Below are positions 20,980 to 29,976 of a stretch of 59,394 nt of DNA, piece by piece; position 1 is the stretch's first letter; each line of letters starts with the position of its first letter. The stretch comes from an uncultured Clostridium sp. (GTDB taxonomy: Bacteria > Bacillota > Clostridia > TANB77 > CAG-508), in contig CAMEUC010000001.1 in NCBI GenBank assembly GCA_945937855.1, forward strand, positions 1-59,394, in the 5' to 3' direction. The position numbers were made by a program, and so were the translations under genes. The notes beneath the pieces were generated by a model that was given only the letters and a program-made list of their open reading frames with translations, ran no database searches and was not told the origin of the DNA.

Positions 20980-21472
20980 TTAGTCCTCCTTTGTTATATA
21001 AAATATTACAAGCTTGTTTGGCTTTCCAGCCTATTAAACCTCTTTTAAATGATGTATGAACAAAATGTAGCTTTAATTCTTCAAAGCATTCTATATCAAA
21101 AGAATCATCATCTAAAATTACAAAAGGAGAATCTAAATGGTTGTGGTCTTCTAGCCACTTAATAATTTCTGTACCTCGATTTTGATGAATATAAGGAGTA
21201 GTCTCCTTAACATATATCCCATACTCAGCTAATCTGGCGTTTACAATGTAGTGAGCTCGTTCATTTAATCTCCAAGAACTAGATAATACAACTAATGGTT
21301 CATTATTATTATCTAAAATTGAATCATAAATTTTTCTTAAATTATCTAAACTTCTTGGATTAAATGGAACAAAATCCATACTCATTGGTTGATGATGGCG
21401 TTCATAACATTTTTCAATGTAATTTCCATCATTCAATACTCCATCTATATCTAAAAATATGATATTTGTCAT
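20942..21472 (-). CDS. HAD-like phosphatase
   Basis: MTNIIFLDIDGVLN (DxDxV), ...VVLSSSWR..., ...VILDDDSFD.... Confidence 0.6.
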   Translation of the reverse strand: MTNIIFLDIDGVLNDGNYIEKCYERHHQPMSMDFVPFNPRSLDNLRKIYDSILDNNNEPLVVLSSSWRLNERAHYIVNARLAEYGIYVKETTPYIHQNRGTEIIKWLEDHNHLDSPFVILDDDSFDIECFEELKLHFVHTSFKRGLIGWKAKQACNILYNKGGLNETRDRIKSGIY

Positions 21473-21501
21473 AAAACTACTCCTTTATATTTTATCTAAA
21501 A

Positions 21502-21780
21502 TTATGAGTTTTTAACAGCATCTTTTAATGCTTTAGCAGCTTTGAATCCTACAGCTTTTGTTGCTGGAATTGATATAGCTTCACCTGTTTGTGGGTTTCT
21601 ACCGCTTCTAGCAGCTCTTTCTCTAACTTCAAATTTTCCTAATCCTGATAAAGCAACTTCTCCACCATTTGATAATTCGTTAGAAATTACTTCTACGATT
21701 GCGTTTAATGCAACCTCTGCATCTACTTTTTTAATTTCTGCTTTTTCTGCTATTGCAGCAACTAATTCTTTTTTATTCAT
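21502..21780 (-). CDS. HU/IHF-family DNA-binding protein
   Basis: MNKKELVAAIAEKAEIKKVDAEVALNAIVEVISNELSNGGEVALSGLGKFEVRERAARSGRNPQTGEAISIPATKAVGFKAAKALKDAV is a textbook HU fold sequence. Confidence 0.9.
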   Translation of the reverse strand: MNKKELVAAIAEKAEIKKVDAEVALNAIVEVISNELSNGGEVALSGLGKFEVRERAARSGRNPQTGEAISIPATKAVGFKAAKALKDAVKNS

Positions 21781-21890
21781 AAAATGTTCCTCCTAAAATT
21801 TTTTATTCAAAAATCAACCTTACAGCCCTATTTAAAAAGGTGATTATGAATAAACATATATTTATAAGTCCTTTCGGAACTTACATACTT

Positions 21891-21919
21891 ATTATACCAC
21901 ACTGACAACTAGTTGTCAA
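21891..21919 (-). promoter_or_regulatory. Consensus sigma-70-type promoter overlapping the operator palindrome TGACAACTAGTTGTCA (21903-21918)
   Basis: The minus strand reads TTGACA (21919-21914), a 17-nt spacer, then TATAAT (21896-21891). The upstream extension is TTTCTATCTAAC. Confidence 0.75.
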
Positions 21920-21932
21920 GTTAGATAGAAAT

Positions 21933-22199
21933 TTAAAACTCTTTTGTATAAAGTATAATAGGAGCATCTTTTCCCATATAAGGTAAAGCCCTTATAGTAT
22001 TATACTCTATAAATTCCAATGCATCTATATAAGACATTTTATCTTCTTCCATCAAGTCCACAATCATCTGTTCCATATCATATATAGCTCTATCATCAAT
22101 AGTTAATCCTATAATTGAATTAGGATAACGTGGATTGTCAAATAACTTTATAGGTATATTATTTTCTTCTGCATAAGTGCATACTTCATCATATGTCAT
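21933..22199 (-). CDS. Hypothetical protein
   Basis: 88-aa ORF co-oriented with its neighbours. Confidence 0.45.
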   Translation of the reverse strand: MTYDEVCTYAEENNIPIKLFDNPRYPNSIIGLTIDDRAIYDMEQMIVDLMEEDKMSYIDALEFIEYNTIRALPYMGKDAPIILYTKEF

Positions 22200-22220
22200 A
22201 ATTGATGCTCCTTTCTAAAA

Positions 22221-23069
22221 TTATTTTTCATCATCAGTTTCAATTCCTAATATTTCATAACTCTCTTTAAAGTAATCACAAATAAATTTTTTTTGATTTT
22301 TGCCTAATAGAGCTAATTCTTTTTCAACTTCGTGTGCATAATGTCCATAAGGACATCCCATACACCCCGTTCTAGTAACATAATTATAAATTGATGGAAT
22401 TTCAATGTTAAATTCATTATAAATTTCATTTAATAATTTATCATCTAAATCCCATATTGGAGTAAATTTCATATCTTTAGTAAAACAACTTTTATATTTT
22501 GCTTTTCTTGTTGCTCCTTCATAACTTCTTACTCCTAATATTGGTTTTAAATTATTTTCTTTTTCAAATTTATGAGCAGGTTTCTTTTTTAGGAAATCAC
22601 AACATTTCTTGCTAATAGGATGTAACTTATTATTTAAAAGTAATTCTCTACTTTTTTTATTTAACCCAAATTTATTTGGATGCATTTTTCCGTCTTTTCC
22701 TAAAAAATCTCTATCATAAATTCTGTCTAATAAATACTCAGCTCTACTCCCTTTTTGATATAAATATATTAATTCGTCTTGAGTTTTGCTGAAACAAGGA
22801 ATGCCATATTGTTCTTTTATTTCGTGAGGTTTCTTTACGGGAAGTAATACAATATCACAATTATCATAAATTCGTTGTCTAATTTCTGGATGCTCCATAT
22901 ATGTATTTATTCCTACAACTTTTATTCCATCTATATGCGCATATTCTTTGATGAACCAATATAATAAATGACTATCTTTCCCTCCCGAATAAGATAAGTA
23001 ATATTCCTCAGGATTTATTTTATTAAATTTTGTTTTAAGGTCTTCTAAATAGAGTTGTGCATTAGTCAT
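22221..23069 (-). CDS. PAPS-reductase-family PP-loop ATPase with a C-terminal Cys cluster
   Basis: PP-loop motif SYSGGKDS, KCCDFLKKKP, and a C-terminal TRTGCMGCPYG. Confidence 0.7.
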   Translation of the reverse strand: MTNAQLYLEDLKTKFNKINPEEYYLSYSGGKDSHLLYWFIKEYAHIDGIKVVGINTYMEHPEIRQRIYDNCDIVLLPVKKPHEIKEQYGIPCFSKTQDELIYLYQKGSRAEYLLDRIYDRDFLGKDGKMHPNKFGLNKKSRELLLNNKLHPISKKCCDFLKKKPAHKFEKENNLKPILGVRSYEGATRKAKYKSCFTKDMKFTPIWDLDDKLLNEIYNEFNIEIPSIYNYVTRTGCMGCPYGHYAHEVEKELALLGKNQKKFICDYFKESYEILGIETDDEK

Positions 23070-23088
23070 AATGATACTCCTCTAAAAA

Positions 23089-23607
23089 TTATTTTTCTAA
23101 CATATTTTTTATTATAATATGACCTTGTTTCATACTTTTTTGAACATCTATCCATCTTTGATTTTCTGAGCCAGCCCATTTAAGATTAAGATTTTTCTTT
23201 TCTTCAACAAACTGCCCATCTACTAAATAATCTAAATAGATTAACATACTTTTTATATCCTCATCATTTTCTGATAATAATTTTTCTAAAGTATATCCTG
23301 TCCACATCCAAATGTCTTTTTTAGGGAACTTAAATTTAAAAGCTCTTATAATGTCTACAACAGTTTCTCTATTGTTTGGATGCATTGGTTCTCCACCTAA
23401 AATAGACAAACCTTTAATATATTCTTTATCACATAGTTCTAATAAAGTATTAAGAGTTTCGGTTGTGAATTCCTTACCCCCTTCAAAATTCCAAGTTTCT
23501 GGATTAAAACATCCTTTACAATGAAATTCACAACCTTGTACAAATAGAGATACTCTAACACCTTCACCATCTGATATATCCATTTCACGTATTTTGTTAT
23601 ATCTCAT
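23089..23607 (-). CDS. nrdG: Anaerobic ribonucleotide reductase activating protein (radical SAM)
   Basis: Cys cluster GCEFHCKGCFNPETW, a size of about 170 aa, and a position adjacent to nrdD. Confidence 0.85.
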   Translation of the reverse strand: MRYNKIREMDISDGEGVRVSLFVQGCEFHCKGCFNPETWNFEGGKEFTTETLNTLLELCDKEYIKGLSILGGEPMHPNNRETVVDIIRAFKFKFPKKDIWMWTGYTLEKLLSENDEDIKSMLIYLDYLVDGQFVEEKKNLNLKWAGSENQRWIDVQKSMKQGHIIIKNMLEK

Positions 23608-23622
23608 ATTTGTTCCTCCTTT

Positions 23623-25819
23623 TTATTCTTTTAAATCTTTATTGTCTAAGTGTAAAACTCTTTCTTTTATTTCTTGTGTTCTTCCTTTATTCCAGAAATT
23701 AGTTCCTATGTATCCGCAAGTACGTCTTGCAACATTCATTTTAGTATGGTCTCTATTTCCACAATTTGGGCAATACCATTCCATATTATCATCAATTTGC
23801 ATTTCTCCATCAAACCCACATACTTGACAATAATCTGATTTAGTATTAAGTTCTGCATACATAATATTATCATAAATAAATTTCATAACTTCAATTATTG
23901 CATTTGGGTTATTTTGTAAGTTAGGTGTCTCTACATAACTTATCGCTCCTCCGTGGACTTAATCTTTGGAATTCACTTTCTAATTTTAGTTTATTAAAAG
24001 CATCAATTTCTTCAAATACTGGTACGTGATAAGAATTTGTAATATAATCTCTATCAGTAATACCTTCAACCTCTCCAAATCTATTTTTTAAACATTTTGC
24101 AAATTTATAAGTTGTAGATTCAATTGGTGTTCCATATACTGAATAATCAATATCTTCTTCTGCTTTCCATTTTGCACAAGCATCATTTAAGTGTTGCATA
24201 ACTGCTAATCCAAATTCTTTTGGTTCTCCTTCTTGTGTATGAGATTCACCTGTCATATATTTAACACATTCATATAATCCTGCATACCCTAAAGATATTG
24301 TACAATATCCTCCGTGTAATAAAGGTTTAATATTCTCTCCTTTATCTAATCTTGCGAATGCTCCATTTTGCCAAAGTAGAGGTGCAGCATCAGATGTAAT
24401 TATACTCATTCTTTGATATCTTGCTTGTAAAGCTTTATGACAAAGTTCAAGTCTTTCATCAAATATCTTCCAGAACTCATTCATATCTTTTCCAGAGGAT
24501 AAAGCAATATCTGGTAAATTAATTGTTACAACACCAATATTAAATCTTCCATAATATTTGCCTTTCCCTTCAACATAATCTAATGCTTTTGCAGGGTTTC
24601 CTTTAATTCTATCTGGTGTTAAGAATGAACGACATCCCATACATCCATAACAATCACCATTACCATATTGATTAATTTTATTTTGTTTCATTATTTTTTC
24701 AGAAATATAATCTGGAACCATTCTTTTAGCTGTACATTTAGCAGCTAGTTCTGTTAAATAATAATATTTACTATCTGGATGAATATTATCTTCTTCAAGA
24801 ACGTAAAGTAATTTTGGGAAAGCTGGTGTTATATAAACACCTTGTTCATTTTTAAATCCTAGAATTCTTTGATTTAAGAATTCTTCAATTATCATAGCAA
24901 GTTCATCTTTATATTCATCTGTTTCTCCTAAATACATACAAACAGATAAGAAAGGCGCTTGACCATTAGTATTAGTCATTGAGTTAACTTGATAATTAAA
25001 TGTTTGTACACCATCAGCTACTTCTTTTTTAGTATCTTTTAATGCACATTCTTTTGCTTTATCTTCTTCAAATCCCCAATCTATATATTTTTTTAAGAAT
25101 TTATTATAACTATCTCTTACAAATGGAGCTAAATGACTTAAAGTTATTGTACATCCTCCATATTGGCTAGAAGATACTCCTAAAATTATTTGTGTTGCTA
25201 TTGTAGCTGCTGTAATAAATCTATGTGGTTTTTCTATCATTACACCATTAATAACAGTTCCATTTTGTAACATATCATTTAAGTTTATTAAGCAACAGTT
25301 ATTTAATGTTTTTTGAGCAAAATAATCGGCATCGTGAAAATGTATAATTCCTTCATCGTGAGCTTTTACAACATCTTCTGGTAATAAAAATCTTCTTGTT
25401 ATATCTGTACTTGTTATTCCTGCTAAATAATCTCTTTGTGTTGTTACTACTCTAGCATTTTTGTTAGAGTTTTCTGTATTCCAATAGTCATTAGTTCCAT
25501 CAATTAATTCTTTGATACTTAAATCTGTTGTATTAGATTGTCTAACCATTGCTCTTTTTTCCCTATAAACTATATATGCTTTTGCTAAATCATATTTATC
25601 AGCTTCCATTAACTTTTTTTCAACCATATCTTGAATTTCTTCAACAGTTAGTTTTGCTTTATCATAATCTTGAATATTTTTTGCAATTTCTTTAGTTAAT
25701 TGTATAGAAGCCTTTTGTCTTCCTTGAACATCTTTATTGGCTTTAAAAATAGCCTCTTCTATTCTACTTTTATCAAAATCAACAATTTTACCATTTCTTT
25801 TAATTACACTTGAAACCAT
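23623..25819 (-). CDS. nrdD: Anaerobic ribonucleoside-triphosphate reductase (class III), needs a +1 shift at CGG (23953-23951)
   Basis: Track ORF 23921..25819 ends ...EFQRLSP-RRSDKLCRDT*. The minus strand reads AGT CCA CGG AGG AGC. The +1 frame gives SP-GGAISYVETPNLQNNPNAIIEVMKFIYDN... and runs into ORF 23623..23886. That ORF carries the Zn ribbon (CQVCG...CPNCG) and the glycyl-radical motif RRTCGYIG. Segments are 23954..25819 plus 23623..23952 (about 731 aa). Confidence 0.85.
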
Positions 25820-25870
25820 AATTATTTTCCTTTCTAGTATATATTTATTTTCGTATCTAAAATCGTAAAA

Positions 25871-26491
25871 TTATTCTTTAATTTCAGTAGGTTCAACTAC
25901 ATCAGATGTATTAGAACTTTCTTCAATTTCATTTTCTTCAGTAGTATTTGTATTTTCTACTATTTCAGTTTTAGATTCTTCTTTTAATTTTTCAACATCT
26001 ATTGCTAAATCAGGAACAGTCTTGTTAATAGTTTCTTCAATAACTTCTTCTTTCTCTGCTTTTGTTTGTCTTGTAGTGAATCCTTCTTGAAGAATTACAT
26101 TAGGGTCTGTTTCTAATTTTGTACCATCTTCAATTTCTCTTACTTGTCTAACTAGAGATTCTCTTTGAGCTTCTAATAACAAATATTCTTCTTGAGCCAT
26201 TGTTGTAGGAATACCTAAAGCAAGTTCTCTAATATGTCTTAATACTTTATAATCTGTATCAGATAATTGTTTTCTTAAATCATATACAAGAGTTTCAGCT
26301 CTAAGATTACTTTCAATTCTTTGTACTTTTTTAGCATCAAGAACTAATTGTGTTCCATCATATCCTAACTTATAACAAGCTAAATATTTCATATCAATTG
26401 TATCGTCATCTGGCAACTCAACTGAGTTAGGTAAATCACCTTTCATTATAAGCATCTCAACATAACCATCATTATCGAAAGTTACCTTCAT
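25871..26491 (-). CDS. Hypothetical protein (acidic C-terminus)
   Basis: 206-aa ORF with RBS GGGAGGATTTTAAATG. Confidence 0.5.
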   Translation of the reverse strand: MKVTFDNDGYVEMLIMKGDLPNSVELPDDDTIDMKYLACYKLGYDGTQLVLDAKKVQRIESNLRAETLVYDLRKQLSDTDYKVLRHIRELALGIPTTMAQEEYLLLEAQRESLVRQVREIEDGTKLETDPNVILQEGFTTRQTKAEKEEVIEETINKTVPDLAIDVEKLKEESKTEIVENTNTTEENEIEESSNTSDVVEPTEIKE

Positions 26492-26533
26492 TTAAAATCC
26501 TCCCTTCTCTATTTTTCATTTTATAATAAACGA

Positions 26534-26734
26534 TTACTCGTTATTAACCTTTTTATTTTCTGCTTCTTTTGCAGTTTGTATCATTTGTTCTGTAAGTCTT
26601 GCTGCATATTCTTCTTGTAATTCTTTTTGTGTTTTAAATCTATATTTACTTAAAGGTTGAGTCCTTTTCATTCCATCTTTTTTTATTTGTGCTTTTAATC
26701 TATTCCTTTCTACTTTTCTAGCGAATCCACTCAT
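26534..26734 (-). CDS. Small basic hypothetical protein
   Basis: 66-aa K/R-rich ORF with RBS AAGGAGGATTATTATG. Confidence 0.45.
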   Translation of the reverse strand: MSGFARKVERNRLKAQIKKDGMKRTQPLSKYRFKTQKELQEEYAARLTEQMIQTAKEAENKKVNNE

Positions 26735-26745
26735 AATAATCCTCC

Positions 26746-27465
26746 TTATTTACCACTACTTCCTAATATTCCATTTCCTCTTTTTGAAGGGATTTGTTTA
26801 AGTTCTTCAAAACTAATTTCTCTAACAGGAAGGTTATCAACTTTATGTAAAACTAATTGTGCGATAGCCTTTGTTTCTGGATAAAATATTGCATTTGAAA
26901 TATTTTTAATTAAAGTTTCATCATTGTCAGGACTTTTAATTTCTTGATATATATTTCTAATAACCATTTCTTTTTCTTCATCTGTTAAATTGTCATATGA
27001 ATCCTGATATTGGTCTCTTAAAAATTTTTCCATATCTAATTTATCTTGTTCTGTTAAATTATTTACATCTACTGATTGCCATTTTTTTAATTCATCCAAT
27101 GCGTCTTGAAGATAAGTATCTTTGTCTCCAAAAATTAAGTATCTATCATTTACATTTGATATAGCAACAAAAATTTCCCCTCTATATCCTGAATCAACTA
27201 CTCCAGCACTTTTTTTAATTCCTTTACTTCCAGTACTTCCTCTTTCTTCGACTTGAAAATAATAATTAATTGGTAAAGCACAAGCAATTCCAGTAGGAAT
27301 TAATTTTGTTGTATGAGGTTTAATGATTTTATCTTTCTTTTCTACTCCATCCCAACAAGCATAAATGTCAAATCCTGCATTTTCGTCTTCTTTAGAAGGA
27401 ATAATTGCATTTTCTTTTACTTTCGCAAAAATAATTTCTAATTCTTTTTCTCCGATATTAGTCAT
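26746..27465 (-). CDS. dut: Trimeric-type dUTPase with a large internal insertion
   Basis: Motifs NAGFDIY, ERGSTGSKG, GVVDSGYRGEI, AIAQLVL and RGNGILGSSGK are present. About 100 aa separate motifs III and IV. Confidence 0.8.
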   Translation of the reverse strand: MTNIGEKELEIIFAKVKENAIIPSKEDENAGFDIYACWDGVEKKDKIIKPHTTKLIPTGIACALPINYYFQVEERGSTGSKGIKKSAGVVDSGYRGEIFVAISNVNDRYLIFGDKDTYLQDALDELKKWQSVDVNNLTEQDKLDMEKFLRDQYQDSYDNLTDEEKEMVIRNIYQEIKSPDNDETLIKNISNAIFYPETKAIAQLVLHKVDNLPVREISFEELKQIPSKRGNGILGSSGK

Positions 27466-27832
27466 TATTATTTCCCTCCATTTTAATAGATGATGCGCAA
27501 TCTAAATTTGCTTCTCCACAAACACAAGTTGTTCCGCAATTGCATTCTCCACATTTTATAATGGTTGATTCATTAGTTAATCCATATTTGTCTAACCAAA
27601 TTGTTTTGTGATATTTTACAATTTCATATTTGTCTGGGGAAGAACTACAATCTTTTACATCTTCATTCAAACTATCTGATGTCTCTTTTGCTATTGCATA
27701 TTCTTCGAAGATTTCTGCATCTTCTATATCTTCAGAAAACTCTGAATTTCTATCTAAAAAATTCATTTGTTCTATGTCCATAATAACATAACCATTTTTT
27801 TCAATATACATATTATTTACCCAACCCTTCAT
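27458..27832 (-). CDS. Hypothetical Cys-rich protein
   Basis: 124-aa ORF with C-terminal CGECNCGTTCVCGEANLDC. The start is uncertain (ATG 27832 or the ATG seven codons downstream, MYIEK...). Confidence 0.45.
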   Translation of the reverse strand: MKGWVNNMYIEKNGYVIMDIEQMNFLDRNSEFSEDIEDAEIFEEYAIAKETSDSLNEDVKDCSSSPDKYEIVKYHKTIWLDKYGLTNESTIIKCGECNCGTTCVCGEANLDCASSIKMEGNNND

Positions 27833-28259
27833 AAATAGCTTCTAATTTTTTTGCATTAGTTAATTCTTCTAATCTTGATGCTTGAATTTTTTCATTTTCT
27901 TTTAGAATTTTCATTTGAGCTTTTGTTTCTGCTTTCTCTTCATCGTCTTCAAATGTTTCTTCTGGTGCAACCATATCGGCAAATCCAATAACATCATAAA
28001 TTTCGCAATCTGGTAATCTTTTCATTACTGTAACAGCAATATTAGAATCATAATCGTAAACAAAAGCAAATACTTTTTGCCCTTCGTATTTACTTCTATG
28101 ACTTAAAAGGTAATCTGTAATTTCTTTTTTTACTTCTTTTAAGTCTAATGAACAAGGATTTCCATTAGCATCTATAAAATCTTTATATTTTTTGTTAAAA
28201 GAAATAACAACCTTTTTATCAATTTCTACAATAATATCATTTTTATCTAAAATTTCCAT
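27813..28259 (-). CDS. Hypothetical protein
   Basis: 148-aa ORF with RBS GGAGGTAATACTATG. Confidence 0.5.
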   Translation of the reverse strand: MEILDKNDIIVEIDKKVVISFNKKYKDFIDANGNPCSLDLKEVKKEITDYLLSHRSKYEGQKVFAFVYDYDSNIAVTVMKRLPDCEIYDVIGFADMVAPEETFEDDEEKAETKAQMKILKENEKIQASRLEELTNAKKLEAIYEGLGK

Positions 28260-28270
28260 AGTATTACCTC

Positions 28271-28621
28271 CTATTTACTTTTTTTTACTTTTGTTTCTTT
28301 GTCTATATTTTCAAACAATTTAGAAACTTCTTTATTTGATTCTTTTACTATGTTAATAAAATCTGTAAGAGACACTTTTTCTTCTTTGCTTAGTTTTGTT
28401 TTTTCTCTTGTTATTTCTTTAATAAGAGAATTTCCTAGATGTTCCCAAGTTGAATAGTATCCTAAAATTTTCATTCCTTCTTTTTGTTCTTCTTTAGATA
28501 ATTCTTTATCATCACTTGAAATTTTTTTACGAAGAATAAAACATCTCTGGTCAAGTGTTACTTGATAAGTATCATTTAAAACCACTATTGGGTCTGGAGT
28601 GATAGTTTTTTTACCTGCCAT
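28271..28621 (-). CDS. Hypothetical protein
   Basis: 116-aa ORF with RBS AAAGGAGGAATTTTAGATATG. It is the first gene after promoter 28754-28782. Confidence 0.5.
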   Translation of the reverse strand: MAGKKTITPDPIVVLNDTYQVTLDQRCFILRKKISSDDKELSKEEQKEGMKILGYYSTWEHLGNSLIKEITREKTKLSKEEKVSLTDFINIVKESNKEVSKLFENIDKETKVKKSK

Positions 28622-28650
28622 ATCTAAAATTCCTCCTTTTGAGAATAAAG

Positions 28651-28698
28651 TGGCAATTAGTTGTCAGTTGGGTAACATAAATTGACAACTATTTGTCA
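28651..28698 (-). promoter_or_regulatory. Two tandem operator palindromes in a 5' UTR
   Basis: TGGCAATTAGTTGTCA (28651-28666, one mismatch) and TGACAACTATTTGTCA (28683-28698) lie between the promoter and the RBS. Confidence 0.55.
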
Positions 28699-28753
28699 GT
28701 TTTCTTTAATTTTTAGGAGAGAAAATCTCTCCATAATTTTGTCGTCCATATAT

Positions 28754-28782
28754 ATTATACCATACTTTTTTTATGATGTCAA
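28754..28782 (-). promoter_or_regulatory. Consensus sigma-70-type promoter
   Basis: The minus strand reads TTGACA (28782-28777), 17 nt, then TATAAT (28759-28754). The upstream extension is ACACCTAAC. Confidence 0.7.
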
Positions 28783-28810
28783 GTTAGGTGTAATTGAGTC
28801 ATATCAAGGA

Positions 28811-29974
28811 TTAGACGTCATATTTTTTTTGTTGTCTTATCCCATCTTTTAATGTTTTGATAATATAATCTATATCATTATTTGGAATTGGTTCTTTAAA
28901 AGAAAATCTTAATGAAGATAATGCTTCACTATCCGTTAATCCCATTGCTTTTAATACGTGAGATGGAGTATCACTATCTGAATGACAAGCTGAACCAGCA
29001 CTAACACATATGTCGTGATTATCAAGATATAATAATAAATTTTGAGCATTAATGCCTTGAAAAGCTATATTAAAAATTCCTTTTGCCTTATATCTTATTG
29101 CATTTTCTGGAATATTTGAATATGCTTCTTTAATTCCATTTAAAATTTTATATCTAAAACGATAATCAAACTCTTCCATTTCAATCATTTTTTCATTAAA
29201 ACCTTGATATGTTATTTCTAATGCTCTAGCAATTCCCATTATATATGGGACATTTTCTGTTCCACTTCTAAGTCCTTGTTCTTGCCCTCCTCCATTTATT
29301 AAAGGATTACATTTTATTCCTCGTTTTAAATAAAGAATCCCTATTCCTTTCGGAGCTCCAAATTTATGACCAGATAATGATAAAGAGTCTACACCTAATT
29401 CTTGAACATCTAGTTTCATTTTTCCAACAGCTTGAACTGCATCGGTATGGAATATTATATTTGGTACATAACTTTTTAAAAGCTTAGACAATTCTTGAAT
29501 AGGTTGAATCATTCCTGTTTCATTATTTACTAGCATAACACTTGCATATATAGGCTTTTCTTTTTGAATTAAATTTTTAAGTTTCTTTACTCCTTCTATA
29601 TCTATAATACCAGATTTAGTAATAGGTAATGTAATTTGTAAGGCGCCAAGTGTATGTATTTGCTTACAAGCATTCATTATAGCAGGATGCTCTATTGGAG
29701 AAGTTATTATAGCTGAATTTTCTTTAAAACATCCTTTAATAAATAAATTATCACTTTCACTCCCACCAGACGTAAAATATATTTCGTCAGGGCTACAATT
29801 TAATATTTTAGCAATTCTTTCTCTAGCATTTGTAATTACATATTTTGCTAATCTTCCTTTAGCATATATAGAAGATGGGTTGCCCCAATGCTTTAAAAAA
29901 TATATATTCATTTCTCTTATGACTTCAGGATATACTGGTGTCGTTGCTGAATTATCACAATAAATTTCTTCCAT
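28811..29974 (-). CDS. Cysteine desulfurase (NifS/IscS-like class V aminotransferase)
   Basis: PLP-lysine motif SLSGHKFGAPKGIGILY and active-site loop SAGSACHS, at a typical 387-aa length. Confidence 0.85.
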   Translation of the reverse strand: MEEIYCDNSATTPVYPEVIREMNIYFLKHWGNPSSIYAKGRLAKYVITNARERIAKILNCSPDEIYFTSGGSESDNLFIKGCFKENSAIITSPIEHPAIMNACKQIHTLGALQITLPITKSGIIDIEGVKKLKNLIQKEKPIYASVMLVNNETGMIQPIQELSKLLKSYVPNIIFHTDAVQAVGKMKLDVQELGVDSLSLSGHKFGAPKGIGILYLKRGIKCNPLINGGGQEQGLRSGTENVPYIMGIARALEITYQGFNEKMIEMEEFDYRFRYKILNGIKEAYSNIPENAIRYKAKGIFNIAFQGINAQNLLLYLDNHDICVSAGSACHSDSDTPSHVLKAMGLTDSEALSSLRFSFKEPIPNNDIDYIIKTLKDGIRQQKKYDV

Positions 29975-29976
29975 TT

